Assembly (NCBI GenBank): GCA_964016885.1
Contig: CAXHJY010001107.1
Location: 1-25,919, forward strand
Direction: 5' to 3'
DNA length: 25,919 nucleotides
Source of the DNA: Eledone cirrhosa
Lineage: Eukaryota
Under the pieces are notes generated by a model. The model was not told the origin of the DNA. It did not search any database and worked only from the letters and a program-made list of their open reading frames with translations. The translations under genes and the position numbers were made by a program. Below, in pieces: positions 12,000 to 24,740 of this stretch. Position 1 is the first letter of the stretch, and every line of letters starts with the position of its first letter.

Positions 12000-14480
12000 G
12001 ACTGTAGTATACTGTAGTAGACTGTAGTAGACTGTAGTAGACTGTAGTAGACTGTAGTAGTAGATTGTAGTATACTGTAGTAGACTGTAGTAGACTGTAG
12101 TAGACTGTAGTAGACTGTAGTAGTAGACTGTAGTAGACTGTAGTAGACTGTAGTAGACTGTAGTAGACAGTAGTAGACTGTAGTAGTAGACTGTAGTAGA
12201 CTGTAGTAGACTGTAGTAGTAGACTGTAGTAGTAGACTGTAGTAGACTGTAGTAGACTGTAGTAGTAGACTGTAGTAGACTGTAGTAGACTGTAGTAGAC
12301 TGTAGTAGACTGTAGTAGACAGTAGTAGACTGTAGTAGTAGACTGTAGTAGACTGTAGTAGACTGTAGTAGACTGTAGTAGACTGTAGTAGACTGTAGTA
12401 GACTGTATTAGTAGACTGTAGTAGACAGTACTAGACTGTAGAAGACTGTAGTAGACTGTAGTAGACTGTAGTAGACTGTAGTAGACTGTAGTAGACTGTA
12501 GTAGACTGTAGTAGACTGTAGTAGACTGTAGTAGACTGTAGTAGACTGTAGTAGTAGACTGTAGTAGACTGTATTAGTAGACTGTAGTAGACTGTAGTAG
12601 ACTGTAGTAGACTGTAGTAGACTGTAGTAGTAGACTGTAGTAGACTGTAGTAGTAGACTGTAGTAGACTGTAGTTGACTGTAGTAGACTGTAGTAGACTG
12701 TAGTAGACTGTAGTAGACTGTAGTAGACTGTAGTAGTAGACTGTAGTAGACTGTAGTAGACTGTAGTAGACTGTAGTTGACTGTAGTAGACTGTAGTAGA
12801 CTGTGGTAGACTGTAGTAGACTGTAGTAGACTGTATTAGTAGACTGTAGTAGACTGTAGTAGACTGTAGTAGACTGTAGTAGACTGTAGTAGTAGACTGT
12901 AGTAGACTGTAGTAGACTGTAGTAGACTGTAGTAGACTGTAGTAGACTGTAGTAGTAGACTGTAGTAGTAGACTGTAGTAGACTGTAGTAGACTGTAGTA
13001 GACTGTAGTAGACTGTAGTTGACTGTGGTAGACTGTAGTAGACTGTAGTAGTAGACTGTAGTAGTAGACTGTAGTAGACTGTAGTAGACTGTAGTAGACT
13101 GTAGTAGACCTGTAGTAGTAGACTGTAGTAGTAGACTGTAGTAGACTGTAGTAGACTGTAGTAGACTGTAGTAGACTGTAGTAGACTGTAGTAGACTGTA
13201 GTAGTAGACTGTAGTAGACTGTAGTAGACTGTAGTAGACTGTAGTAGACTGTAGTAGACTGTAGTAGACTGTAGTAGACTGTAGTAGACTGTAGTAGACT
13301 GTAGTAGACTGTAGTTGACTGTGGTAGACTGTAGTAGACTGTAGTAGTAGACTGTAGTAGTAGACTGTAGTAGACTGTAGTAGACTGTAGTAGACTGTAG
13401 TAGACTGTAGTAGACTGTAGTAGACTGTAGTAGACTGTAGTAGACTGTAGTTGACTGTGGTAGACTGTAGTAGACTGTAGTAGTAGACTGTAGTAGTAGA
13501 CTGTAGTAGACTGTAGTAGTAGACTGTAGTAGGACTGTAGTAGACTGTAGTAGACTGTAGTAGACTGTAGTAGACTGTAGTAGACTGTAGTTGACTGTGG
13601 TAGACTGTAGTAGACTGTAGTATAGACTGTAGTAGACTGTAGTAGACTGTAGTAGACTGTAGTAGACTGTAGTAGACTGTAGTAGACTGTAGTAGACTGT
13701 AGTAGACTGTAGTAGACTGTAGTAGACTGTAGTAGTAGACTGTAGTAGACTGTAGTAGACTGTAGTAGACTGTAGTAGACTGTAGTAGTAGACTGTAGTA
13801 GACTGTAGTAGACTGTAGTAGACTGTAGTAGTAGACTGTAGTAGACTGTAGTTGACTGTAGTTGACTGTAGTAGACTGTAGTAGACTGTAGTAGACTGTA
13901 GTAGTAGACTGTAGTAGACTGTAGTAGTAGACTGTAGTAGACTGTAGTAGTAGACTGTAGTAGACTGTATTAGTAGACTGTAGTAGACTGTAGTTGACTG
14001 TAGTAGACTGTAGTAGACTGTAGTAGACTGTAGTAGTAGACTGTAGTAGACTGTAGTAGTAGACTGTAGTAGACTGTATTAGTAGACTGTAGTAGACTGT
14101 AGTAGACTGTAGTAGACCTGTATTAGTAGACTGTAGTAGACTGTAGTAGACTGTAGTAGTAGACTGTAGTAGACTGTATTAGTAGACTGTAGTAGACCGT
14201 AGTTGACTGTAGTAGACCTGTAGTAGACTGTAGTAGACTGTAGTAGTAGACTGTAGTAGACTGTAGTAGACTGTAGTAGTAGACTGTAGTAGACTGTAGT
14301 AGTAGACTGTAGTAGACTGTATTAGTAGACTGTAGTAGACTGTAGTAGACTGTAGTAGTAGGACTGTAGTAGACTGTAGTAGTAGACTGTAGTAGACTGT
14401 AGTAGTAGACTGTAGTAGACTGTAGTTGACTGTAGTAGACTGTAGTAGACTGTAGTAGACTGTAGTAGTAGACTGTAGTA
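12000..14480. repeat. Higher-order block, copy A (paired with ~22190-24740)
   Basis: An ordered series of rare variants is shared with copy C: TATACT 12010/22194, GATTG 12065/22259, ACAGTACTAGACTGTAGAAG 12431/22615, TATTAG 12574/22758, GTTGAC 12675/22869. Boundaries are approximate. Confidence 0.8.
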
Positions 14481-17400
14481 GTAGACTGTAGTAGACTGTA
14501 GTAGACTGTAGTAGACTGTAGTAGACTGTAGTAGACTGTAGTTGACTGTGGTAGACTGTAGTAGACTGTAGTAGACTGTAGTAGACTGTAGTAGACTGTA
14601 GTAGACTGTAGTAGACTGTAGTAGACTGTAGTAGACTGTAGTAGACTGTAGTAGACTGTAGTAGACTGTAGTAGTAGACTGTAGTAGACTGTAGTAGACT
14701 GTAGTAGACTGTAGTTGACTGTAGTAGACTGTAGTAGACTGTAGTAGACTGTAGTAGTAGACTGTATTAGTAGACTGTAGTAGACTGTAGTAGACTGTAG
14801 TTGACTGTGGTAGACTGTAGTAGACTGTAGTAGTAGACTGTAGTAGTAGACTGTAGTAGACTGTAGTAGACTGTAGTAGACTGTAGTAGTAGACTGTAGT
14901 AGACTGTAGTAGACTGTAGTAGACTGTAGTAGACTGTAGTAGACTGTAGTAGTAGACTGTAAGTAGACTTGTAGTAGACTGTAGTAGACTGTAGACTGTA
15001 GTAGACTGTAGTAGACTGTAGTAGACTGTAGTAGTAGACTGTAGTAGACTGTAGTTAGACTGTAGTAGACTGTAGTAGACTGTAGTTAGACCTGTAGTAG
15101 ACTGTAGTAGGACTGTAGTAGACTGTAGTAGACTGTAGTTAGACTAGTAGACTGTAGTACTGTAGTAGACTGTAGTAGTTAGACTGTAGTAGACTGTAGT
15201 AGTAGACTGTAGTAGACTGTAGTAGACTGTAGTAGACTGTAGTAGACTGTAGTAGACTGTAGTAGACTGTAAGTAGACTGTAGTAGACTGTAGTAAGTAG
15301 ACTGTAGTAGGACTGTAGTAGACTGTAGTAGTAGACTGTAGTAGACTGTAGTAGACTGTAGTAGACTGTAGTAGACTGTAGTAGACTGTAGTAGACTGTA
15401 GTAGACTGTAGTAGACTGTAGTAGTAGACTGTAGTAGACTGTAGTAGACTGTAGTAGACTGTAGTAGACTGTAGTAGACTGTAGTAGACTGTAGAGACTG
15501 TAGTAGTAGACTGTAGTAGACTGTAGTAGACTGTAGTAGACTGTAGTAGTAGACTGTAGTAGACTGTAGTAGACTGTAGTAGTAGACTGTAGTAGACTGT
15601 AGTAGACTGTAGTAGTAGACTGTAGTAGACTGTAGTAGACTGTAGTAGACTGTAGTAGACTGTAGTAGACTGTAGTATGACTGTAGTAGACTGTAGTAGT
15701 AGACTGTAGTAGACTGTAGTAGACTGTAGTAGTAGACTGTAGTAGACTGTAGTAGACTGTAGTAGTAGACTGTAGTAGACTGTAGTAGTAGACTGTAGTA
15801 GACTGTAGTAGACTGTAGTAGACTGTAGTAGACTGTAGTAGACTGTAGTAGACTGTAGTAGACTGTAGTAGACTGTAGTAGTAGACTGTAGTAGACTGTA
15901 GTAGACTGTAGTAGACTGTAGTAGTAATGTAGTAGACAGTAGTAGACTGTAGTAGACTGTAGTAGACTGTAGTAGACTGTAGTAGACTGTAGTAGTAGAC
16001 TGTAGTAGACTGTAGTAGACTGTAGTAGACTGTAGTAGAACTGTAGTAGACTGTAGTTAGACTGTAGTAGACTGTAGTAGACTGTAGTAGACGTAGTAGA
16101 CTGTAGTAGTAACTGTAGTAGACTGTAGTAGACTGTAGTAGTAGACTGTAGTAGACTGTAGTAGACTGTAGTAGACTGTAGTAGACTGTAGTAGACTGTA
16201 GTAGACTGTAGTAGACTGTAGTAGACTGTAGTAAGACTGTAGTAGACTGTAGTAGACTGTAGTAGACTGTAGTAGACTAGTACTTAGTAGACTGTAGCTA
16301 GGACTGTAGTAGACTGTAGTAGACTGTAGTAGACTGTAGTAGACTGTAGTAGAACTGTAGTAGACTAGTAGTAGACTGTAGTAGACTGTAGTAGACTGAG
16401 TAGACTGTAGTAGACTGTAGTAGACTGTAGTAGACTGTAGTAGTACTGTAGTAGACTGTAGTAGACAGTAGTAGACTGTAGTAGACTGTAGTAGACGTAG
16501 TAACTGTAGTAGACTGTAGTAGACTGTAGTAGACTGTAGTAGACTGTAGTAGACTGTAGTAGACTGTAGTAGTACGTAGTACTGTAGTAGACTGTAGTAG
16601 ACTGTAGTAGACTGTAGTAGACTGTAGTAGACGTAGTAGACTGTAGTAGACTGTAGTAACTGTAGTAGAAGACTGTAGTAGACTAGTAGTAGACTGTAGT
16701 AGACTGTAGTAGACTGTAGTAGACTGTAGTAGACTGTAGTAAGACTGTAGTAGACTGTAGTAGACTGTAGTAGACTGTAGTAGACTGTAGTAGACTGTAG
16801 TAGACTGTAGTAGACTGTAGTAGACTGTAGTAGACTGTAGTAAGTAGACTGTAGTAGACTGTAGTAGACTGTAGTAGACTGTAGTATTAGACTGTAGTAG
16901 ACTGTAGTAGACTGTTGTAGACTGTAGTAGACTGTAGTAGACTGTAGTAGACTGTAGTAGTAGACTGTAGTAGACTGTAGTAGACTGTAGTAGACTGTAG
17001 TAGACTGTAGTAGTAGACTGTAGTAGACTGTAGTAGACTGTAGTAGACTGTAGTAGACTGTAGTAGACTGTAGTAGACTGTAGTAGACTGTAGTAGACTG
17101 TAGTAGACTGTAGTAGTAGACTGTAGTAGACTGTAGTAGACTGTAGTAGACTGTAGTAGACTGTAGTAGACTGTAGTAGACTGTAGTAGACTGTAGTAGA
17201 CTGTAGTAGACTGTAGTAGACTGTAGTAGTAGACTGTAGTAGACTGTAGTAGACTGTAGTAGACTGTAGTAGTAGACTGTAGTAGACTGTAGTAAGACTG
17301 TAGTAGACTGTAGTAGACTGTAGTAGACTGTAGTAGACTGTAGTAGTAGACTGTAGTAGACTGTAGTTAGACTGTAGTAGACTGTAGTAGTAGACTGTAG

Positions 17401-20400
17401 TAGACTGTAGTCGACTGTAGTAGACTGTAGTAGACTGTAGTAGACTGTAGTAGACTGTAGTAGTAGACTGTAGTAGACTGTAGTAGACTGTAGTAGACTG
17501 TAGTAGACTGTAGTAGTAGACTGTAGTATACTGTAGTAGACTGTAGTAGACTGTAGTAGACTGTAGTAGACTGTAGTAGACTGTAGTAGACTGTAGTAGA
17601 CTGTAGTAGACTGTAGACTAGTAGACTTGTAGTAGACTGTAGTAGACTGTAGTAGACTGTAGTAGACTGTAGTAGACTGTATAGTAGACTGTAGTAGACT
17701 GTAGTAGACTGTAGTAGACTGTAGTAGACTGTAGTAGTAGACTGTAGTAGACTGTAGTAGACTGTAGTAGTAGACTGTACGTAGTAGACTGTAGTAGACT
17801 GTAGTAGACTGTAGTAGTAGACTGTAGTAGACTGTAGTAGACTGTAGTAGACTGTAGTAGACTGTAGTAGACAGTAGTAGACTGTAGTAGTAGACTGTAG
17901 TAGACTGTAGTAGACTGTAGTAGACTGTAGTAGACTGTAGTAGAGAGCTGTAGTAGACTGTATTAGTAGACTGTAGTAGACAGTACGTAGACTGTAGTAG
18001 ACTGTAGTAGACTGTAGTAGACTGTAGTTAGACTGTAGTAGACTGTAGTAGACTGTAGTAGACTGTAGTAGACTGTAGTAGACTGTAGTAGACTGTAGTA
18101 GACTGTAGTAGACTGTAGTACGTAGACTGTAGTAGACTGTAGTAGTAGACTGTAGTAGACTGTAGTAGACTGTAGTAGACTGTAGTAGACTGTAGTAGTA
18201 GACTGTAGTAGACTGTAGTAGACTGTAGTAGACTGTAGTAGACTGTAGTAGTAGACTGTAGTAGACTGTAGTAGACTGTAGTAGACTGTAGTAGACTGTA
18301 GTAGACTGTAGTAGACTGTAGTAGACTGTAGTAGACTGTAGTAGACTGTAGTAGTAGACTGTAGTAGACTGTAGTAGACTGTAGTAGACTGTAGTAGACT
18401 GTAGTAGACTGTAGTAGTAGACTGTAGTAGTAGACTGTAGTAGACTGTAGTAGACTGTAGAGTAGACTGTAGTAGACTGTAGTTGACTGTGGTAGACTGT
18501 AGTAGACTGTAGTAGTAGACTGTAGTAGTAGACTGTAGTAGACTGTAGTAGACTGTAGTAGACTGTAGTAGACTGTAGAGTAGACTGTAGTAGTAGACTG
18601 TAGTAGACTGTAGTAGACTGTAGTAGACTGTAGTAGACTGTAGTAGACTGTAGTAGACTGTACGTAGTAACTGTAGTAGACTGTAGTAGACTGTAGTAGA
18701 CTGTAGTAGACTGTAGTAGACTGTAGTAGACTGTAGTAGACTGTAGTAGACTGTAGTAGACTGTAGTAGACTGTAGTAGACTGTAGTAGACTGTAGTAGA
18801 CTGTAGTAGTAACTGTAGTAGTAGACTGTAGTAGACTGTAGTAGACTGTAGTGACTGTAGTAGACTGTAGTAGACTGTAGTAGACATGTAGTAGACTGTA
18901 GTAGACTGTAGTAGACTGTAGTAGACTGTAGTAGACTGTAGTTGACTGTGTAGACTGTAGTAGACTGTAGTAGTAGACTGTAGTAGACTGTAGTAGACTG
19001 TAGTAGTAGACTGTAGTAGACTGTAGTAGACTGTAGTAGACTGTAGTAGACTGTAGTAGACTGTAGTAGACTGTAGTAGACTGTGTAGACTGTAGTAGAC
19101 TGTAGTAGACTGTAGTAGACTGTAGTAGACTGTAGTAGACTGTAGTAGACTGTAGTAGACTGTAGTAGACTGTAGTAGACTGTAGACTGTAGTAGACTGT
19201 AGTAGACTGTAGTTAGACTGTAGTAGACTGTAGTAGACTGTAGTAGACTGTAGTAGACTGTAGTAGTAGACTGTAGTAGACTGTAGTAGACTGTAGTAGA
19301 CTGTAGTAGTGACTGTAGTAGACCTGTAGTTGACTGTAGTAGACTGTAGTAGACTGTAGTAGACTGTAGTAGTAGACTGTAGTAGACTGTAGTAGACTGT
19401 AGTAGACTGTAGTAGACTGTAGTAGACTGTAGTAGACTGTAGTAGACTGTAGTTGACTGTAGGTAGACTGTAGTAGACTGTAGTAGACTGTAGTAGTAGA
19501 CTGTAGTAGACTGTAGTAGACTGTAGTAGACTGTAGTAGACTGTAGTAGACTGTAGTAGACTGTAGTAGTAGACTGTAGTAGACTGTAGACTGTAGTAGA
19601 CTGTAGTAGACTGTAGTAGACTGTAGTAGACTGTAGTAGACTGTAGTAGACTGTATAGTAGACTGTAGTAGACTGTAGTAGACTGTAGTAGACTGTAGTA
19701 GTAGACTGTAGTAGACTGTAGTAGACTGTAGTAGTAGACTGTAGTAGACTGTAGTAGACTGTAGTAGACTGTAGTAGACTGTAGTAGACTGTAGTAGACT
19801 GTAGTAGACTGTAGGTAGACTGTAGTAGACTGTAGTAGACTGTAGTAGTAGACTGTAGTAGACTGTAGTAGTAGACTGTAGTAGACTGTAGTAGTAGACT
19901 GTAGTAGACTGTAGTAGACTGTAGTAGAACTGTAGTAGACTGTAGTAGTAGACTGTAGTAGACTGTAGTAGTAGACTGTAGTAGACTGTAGTTGACTGTA
20001 GTAGACTGTAGTAGACTGTAGTAGACTGTAGTAGTAGACTGTAGTAGTAGACTGTAGTAGACTGAGTAGACTGTAGTAGACTGTAGTAGACTGTAGTAGA
20101 CTGTAGTAGACTGTAGTAGACTGTAGTAAGACTGTAGTAGACTGTAGTAGACTGTAGTAGACTGTAGTAGACTGTAGTAGACTGTAGTAGACTGTAGTAG
20201 ACTGTAGTGACTGTAGTAGACTGTAGTAGACTGTAGTAGACTGTAGTAGACCTGTAGTAGACTGTAGTAAGACTGTAGTAGACTGTAGTAGACTGTAGTA
20301 GACTGTAGTAGACTGTAGTAGACTGTAGTAGACTGTAGTAGACTGTAGTAGTAGACTGTAGTAGACTGTAGTAGACTGTAGTAGACTGTAGTAGACTGTA

Positions 20401-22189
20401 GTAGACTGTAGTAGACTGTAGTAGACTGTAGTTGACTGTAGTAGACTGTAGTAGACTGTAGTAGACTGTAGTAGACTGTAGTAGACTGTAGTAGACTGTA
20501 GTAGACTGTAGTAGACTGTAGTAGACTGTAGTAGAACTGTAGTAGACTGTAGTAGACTGTAGTAGACTGTAGTAGTAAGACTGTAGTAGACTGTAGTGTA
20601 GACTGTAGTAGACTGTAGTAGACTGTAGTAGACTGTATAGTAGACTGTAGTAGACTGTAGTAGTAGACTGTATTAGTAGACTGTAGTAGACTGTAGTAGA
20701 CTGTAGTAGACTGTAGTAGACTGTAGTAGACTGTAGTAGTAGACTGTAGTAGTAGACTGTAGTAGACTGTAGTAGGACTGTAGTAGACTGTAGTAGTAGA
20801 CTGTAGTAGACTGTAGTAGACTGTAGTAGACTGTAGTAGACTGTAGTAGACTGTAGTAGACTGTAGTAGACTGTAGTAGACTGTAGTAGACTGTAGTAGA
20901 CTGTAGTAGTAGACTGTAGTAGACTGTAGTAGACTGTAGTAGACTGTAGTAGACTGTAGTAGACTGTAGTAGACTGTAGTAGACTGTAGTAGACTGTAGT
21001 AGACTGTAGTAGACTGTAGTAGACTGTAGTAGTACTGTAGTAGACTGTAGTAGACTGTAGTAGACTGTAGTAGACAGTAGTAGACTGTAGTAGTAGACTG
21101 TAGTAGACTGTAGTAGACTGTAGTAGACTGTAGTAGACTGTAGTAGACTGTAGTAGTAGACTGTAGTAGACTGTAGTAGACTAGTAGTAGACTGTAGTAG
21201 ACTGTAGTAGACTGTAGTAGACTGTAGTAGACTGTAGTAGACTGTAGTAGACTGTAGTAGACTGTAGTAGTAGACTGTAGTAGACTGTAGTAGACTGTAG
21301 TAGACTGTAGTAGACTGTAGTAGACTGTAGTAGACTGTAGTAGACTGTAGTAGTAGACTGTAGTAGACTGTAGTAGACTGTAGTAGACTGTAGTAGTAGA
21401 CTGTAGTAGACTGTAGTAGACTGTAGTAGTAGACTGTAGTAGACAGTAGTAGACTGTAGTAGTAGACTGTAGTAGACTGTAGTAGACTGTAGTAGACTGT
21501 AGTAGACTGTAGTAGACTGTAGTAGACTGTAGTAGACTGTAGTAGACTGTAGTAGACTGTAGTAGACTGTAGTAGACTGTAGTAGACTGTAGTAGACTGT
21601 AGTAGACTGTAGTAGTAGACTGTAGTAGACTGTAGTAGTAGAGTGTAGTAGACAGTAGTAGACTGTAGTAGACTGTAGTAGACTGTAGTAGACTGTAGTA
21701 GACTGTAGTAGTAGACTGTAGTAGTAGACTGTAGTAGACTGTAGTAGACTGTAGTAGTAGACTGTAGTAGTAGACTGTAGTAGACTGTAGTAGACTGTAG
21801 TAGACTGTAGTAGACTGTAGTAGACTGTAGTAGACTGTAGTAGACTGTAGTAGACTGTAGTAGTAGACTGTAGTAGACTGTAGTAGTAGAGTGTAGTAGA
21901 CAGTAGTAGACTGTAGTAGACTGTAGTAGACTGTAGTAGACTGTAGTAGACTGTAGTAGTAGACTGTAGTAGTAGACTGTAGTAGACTGTAGTAGACTGT
22001 AGTAGACTGTAGTAGTAGAGTGTAGTAGACAGTAGTAGACTGTAGTAGACTGTAGTAGACTGTAGTAGACTGTAGTAGACTGTAGTAGTAGACTGTAGTA
22101 GACTGTAGTAGACTGTAGTAGACTGTAGTAGACTGTAGTAGTAGACTGTAGTAGACTGTAGTAGACTGTAGTAGACTGTAGTAGACTGT

Positions 22190-24740
22190 AGTATACTGTA
22201 GTAGACTGTAGTAGACTGTAGTAGACTGTAGTAGACTGTAGTAGACTGTAGTAGTAGATTGTAGTAGACTGTAGTAGACTGTAGTAGACTGTAGTAGACT
22301 GTAGTAGACTGTAGTAGACTGTAGTAGACTGTAGTATTAGAGTGTAGTAGACAGTAGTAGACTGTAGTAGTAGACTGTAGTAGACTGTAGTAGACTGTAG
22401 TAGTAGACTGTAGTAGTAGACTGTAGTAGACTGTAGTAGACTGTAGTAGTAGACTGTAGTAGACTGTAGTAGACTGTAGTAGACTGTAGTAGACTGTAGT
22501 AGACAGTAGTAGACTGTAGTAGTAGACTGTAGTAGACTGTAGTAGACTGTAGTAGACTGTAGTAGACTGTAGTAGACTGTAGTAGACTGTATTAGTAGAC
22601 TGTAGTAGACAGTACTAGACTGTAGAAGACTGTAGTAGACTGTAGTAGACTGTAGTAGACTGTAGTAGACTGTAGTAGACTGTAGTAGACTGTAGTAGAC
22701 TGTAGTAGACTGTAGTAGACTGTAGTAGACTGTAGTAGTAGACTGTAGTAGACTGTATTAGTAGACTGTAGTAGACTGTAGTAGACTGTAGTAGACTGTA
22801 GTAGACTGTAGTAGACTGTAGTAGTAGACTGTAGTAGACTGTAGTAGTAGACTGTAGTAGACTGTAGTTGACTGTAGTAGACTGTAGTAGACTGTAGTAG
22901 ACTGTAGTAGACTGTAGTAGACTGTAGTAGTAGACTGTAGTAGACTGTAGTAGACTGTAGTAGACTGTAGTTGACTGTAGTAGACTGTAGTAGACTGTAG
23001 TAGACTGTAGTAGACTGTAGTAGACTGTAGTTGACTGTAGTAGACTGTAGTAGACTGTAGTAGACTGTAGTAGACTGTAGTAGACTGTATTAGTAGACTG
23101 TAGTAGACTGTAGTAGACTGTAGTAGACTGTAGTAGACTGTAGTAGTAGACTGTAGTAGACTGTAGTAGACTGTAGTAGACTGTAGTAGACTGTAGTTGA
23201 CTGTGGTAGACTGTAGTAGACTGTAGTAGTAGACTGTAGTAGTAGACTGTAGTAGACTGTAGTAGACTGTAGTAGACTGTAGTAGACTGTAGTAGTAGAC
23301 TGTAGTAGTAGACTGTAGTAGACTGTAGTAGACTGTAGTAGACTGTAGTAGACTGTAGTAGACTGTAGTAGACTGTAGTAGTAGACTGTAGTAGACTGTA
23401 GTAGACTGTAGTAGACTGTAGTAGACTGTAGTAGACTGTAGTAGACTGTAGTAGACTGTAGTAGACTGTAGTAGACTGTAGTAGACTGTAGTAGACTGTA
23501 GTTGACTGTGGTAGACTGTAGTAGACTGTAGTAGTAGACTGTAGTAGTAGACTGTAGTAGACTGTAGTAGACTGTAGTAGACTGTAGTAGACTGTAGTAG
23601 ACTGTAGTAGACTGTAGTAGACTGTAGTAGACTGTAGTAGACTGTAGTAGACTGTAGTTGACTGTGGTAGACTGTAGTAGACTGTAGTAGTAGACTGTAG
23701 TAGTAGACTGTAGTAGACTGTAGTAGTAGACTGTAGTAGACTGTAGTAGACTGTAGTAGACTGTAGTAGACTGTAGTAGACTGTAGTAGACTGTAGTTGA
23801 CTGTGGTAGACTGTAGTAGACTGTAGTAGTAGACTGTAGTAGACTGTAGTAGACTGTAGTAGACTGTAGTAGACTGTAGTAGACTGTAGTAGACTGTAGT
23901 AGACTGTAGTAGACTGTAGTAGACTGTAGTAGACTGTAGTAGACTGTAGTAGACTGTAGTAGTAGACTGTAGTAGACTGTAGTAGACTGTAGTAGACTGT
24001 AGTAGACTGTAGTAGTAGACTGTAGTAGACTGTAGTAGACTGTAGTAGACTGTAGTAGTAGACTGTAGTAGACTGTAGTAGTAGACTGTAGTAGACTGTA
24101 GTAGTTGACTGTAGTAGACTGTAGTAGACTGTAGTAGACTGTAGTAGTAGACTGTAGTAGACTGTAGTAGTAGACTGTAGTAGACTGTAGTAGTAGACTG
24201 TAGTAGACTGTATTAGTAGACTGTAGTAGACTGTAGTTGACTGTAGTAGACTGTAGTAGACTGTAGTAGACTGTAGTAGTAGACTGTAGTAGACTGTAGT
24301 AGTAGACTGTAGTAGACTGTAGTAGTAGACTGTAGTAGACTGTATTAGTAGACTGTAGTAGACTGTAGTAGACTGTAGTAGACTGTATTAGTAGACTGTA
24401 GTAGACTGTAGTAGACTGTAGTAGTAGACTGTAGTAGACTGTATTAGTAGACTGTAGTAGACTGTAGTTGACTGTAGTAGACTGTAGTAGACTGTAGTAG
24501 ACTGTAGTAGTAGACTGTAGTAGACTGTAGTAGACTGTAGTAGTAGACTGTAGTAGACTGTAGTAGTAGACTGTAGTAGACTGTATTAGTAGACTGTAGT
24601 AGACTGTAGTAGACTGTAGTAGTAGACTGTAGTAGACTGTAGTAGTAGACTGTAGTAGACTGTAGTAGTAGACTGTAGTAGACTGTAGTTGACTGTAGTA
24701 GACTGTAGTAGACTGTAGTAGACTGTAGTAGTAGACTGTA
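22190..24740. repeat. Higher-order block, copy C (paired with ~12000-14480)
   Basis: It carries the same ordered variant series as copy A. The offset drifts from 10184 to ~10265 bp through gain and loss of units. Confidence 0.8.

Noticed and set aside
17367-18887. 506-aa minus-strand ORF (YYSLLQSTTV repeats)
   Set aside because: It is a pure translation of the stop-free satellite strand. Its ATG is created by a one-off A insertion (GACATG at ~18886) and its stop by a one-off T insertion (GTTAG at ~17368), both in the indel-noisy zone.
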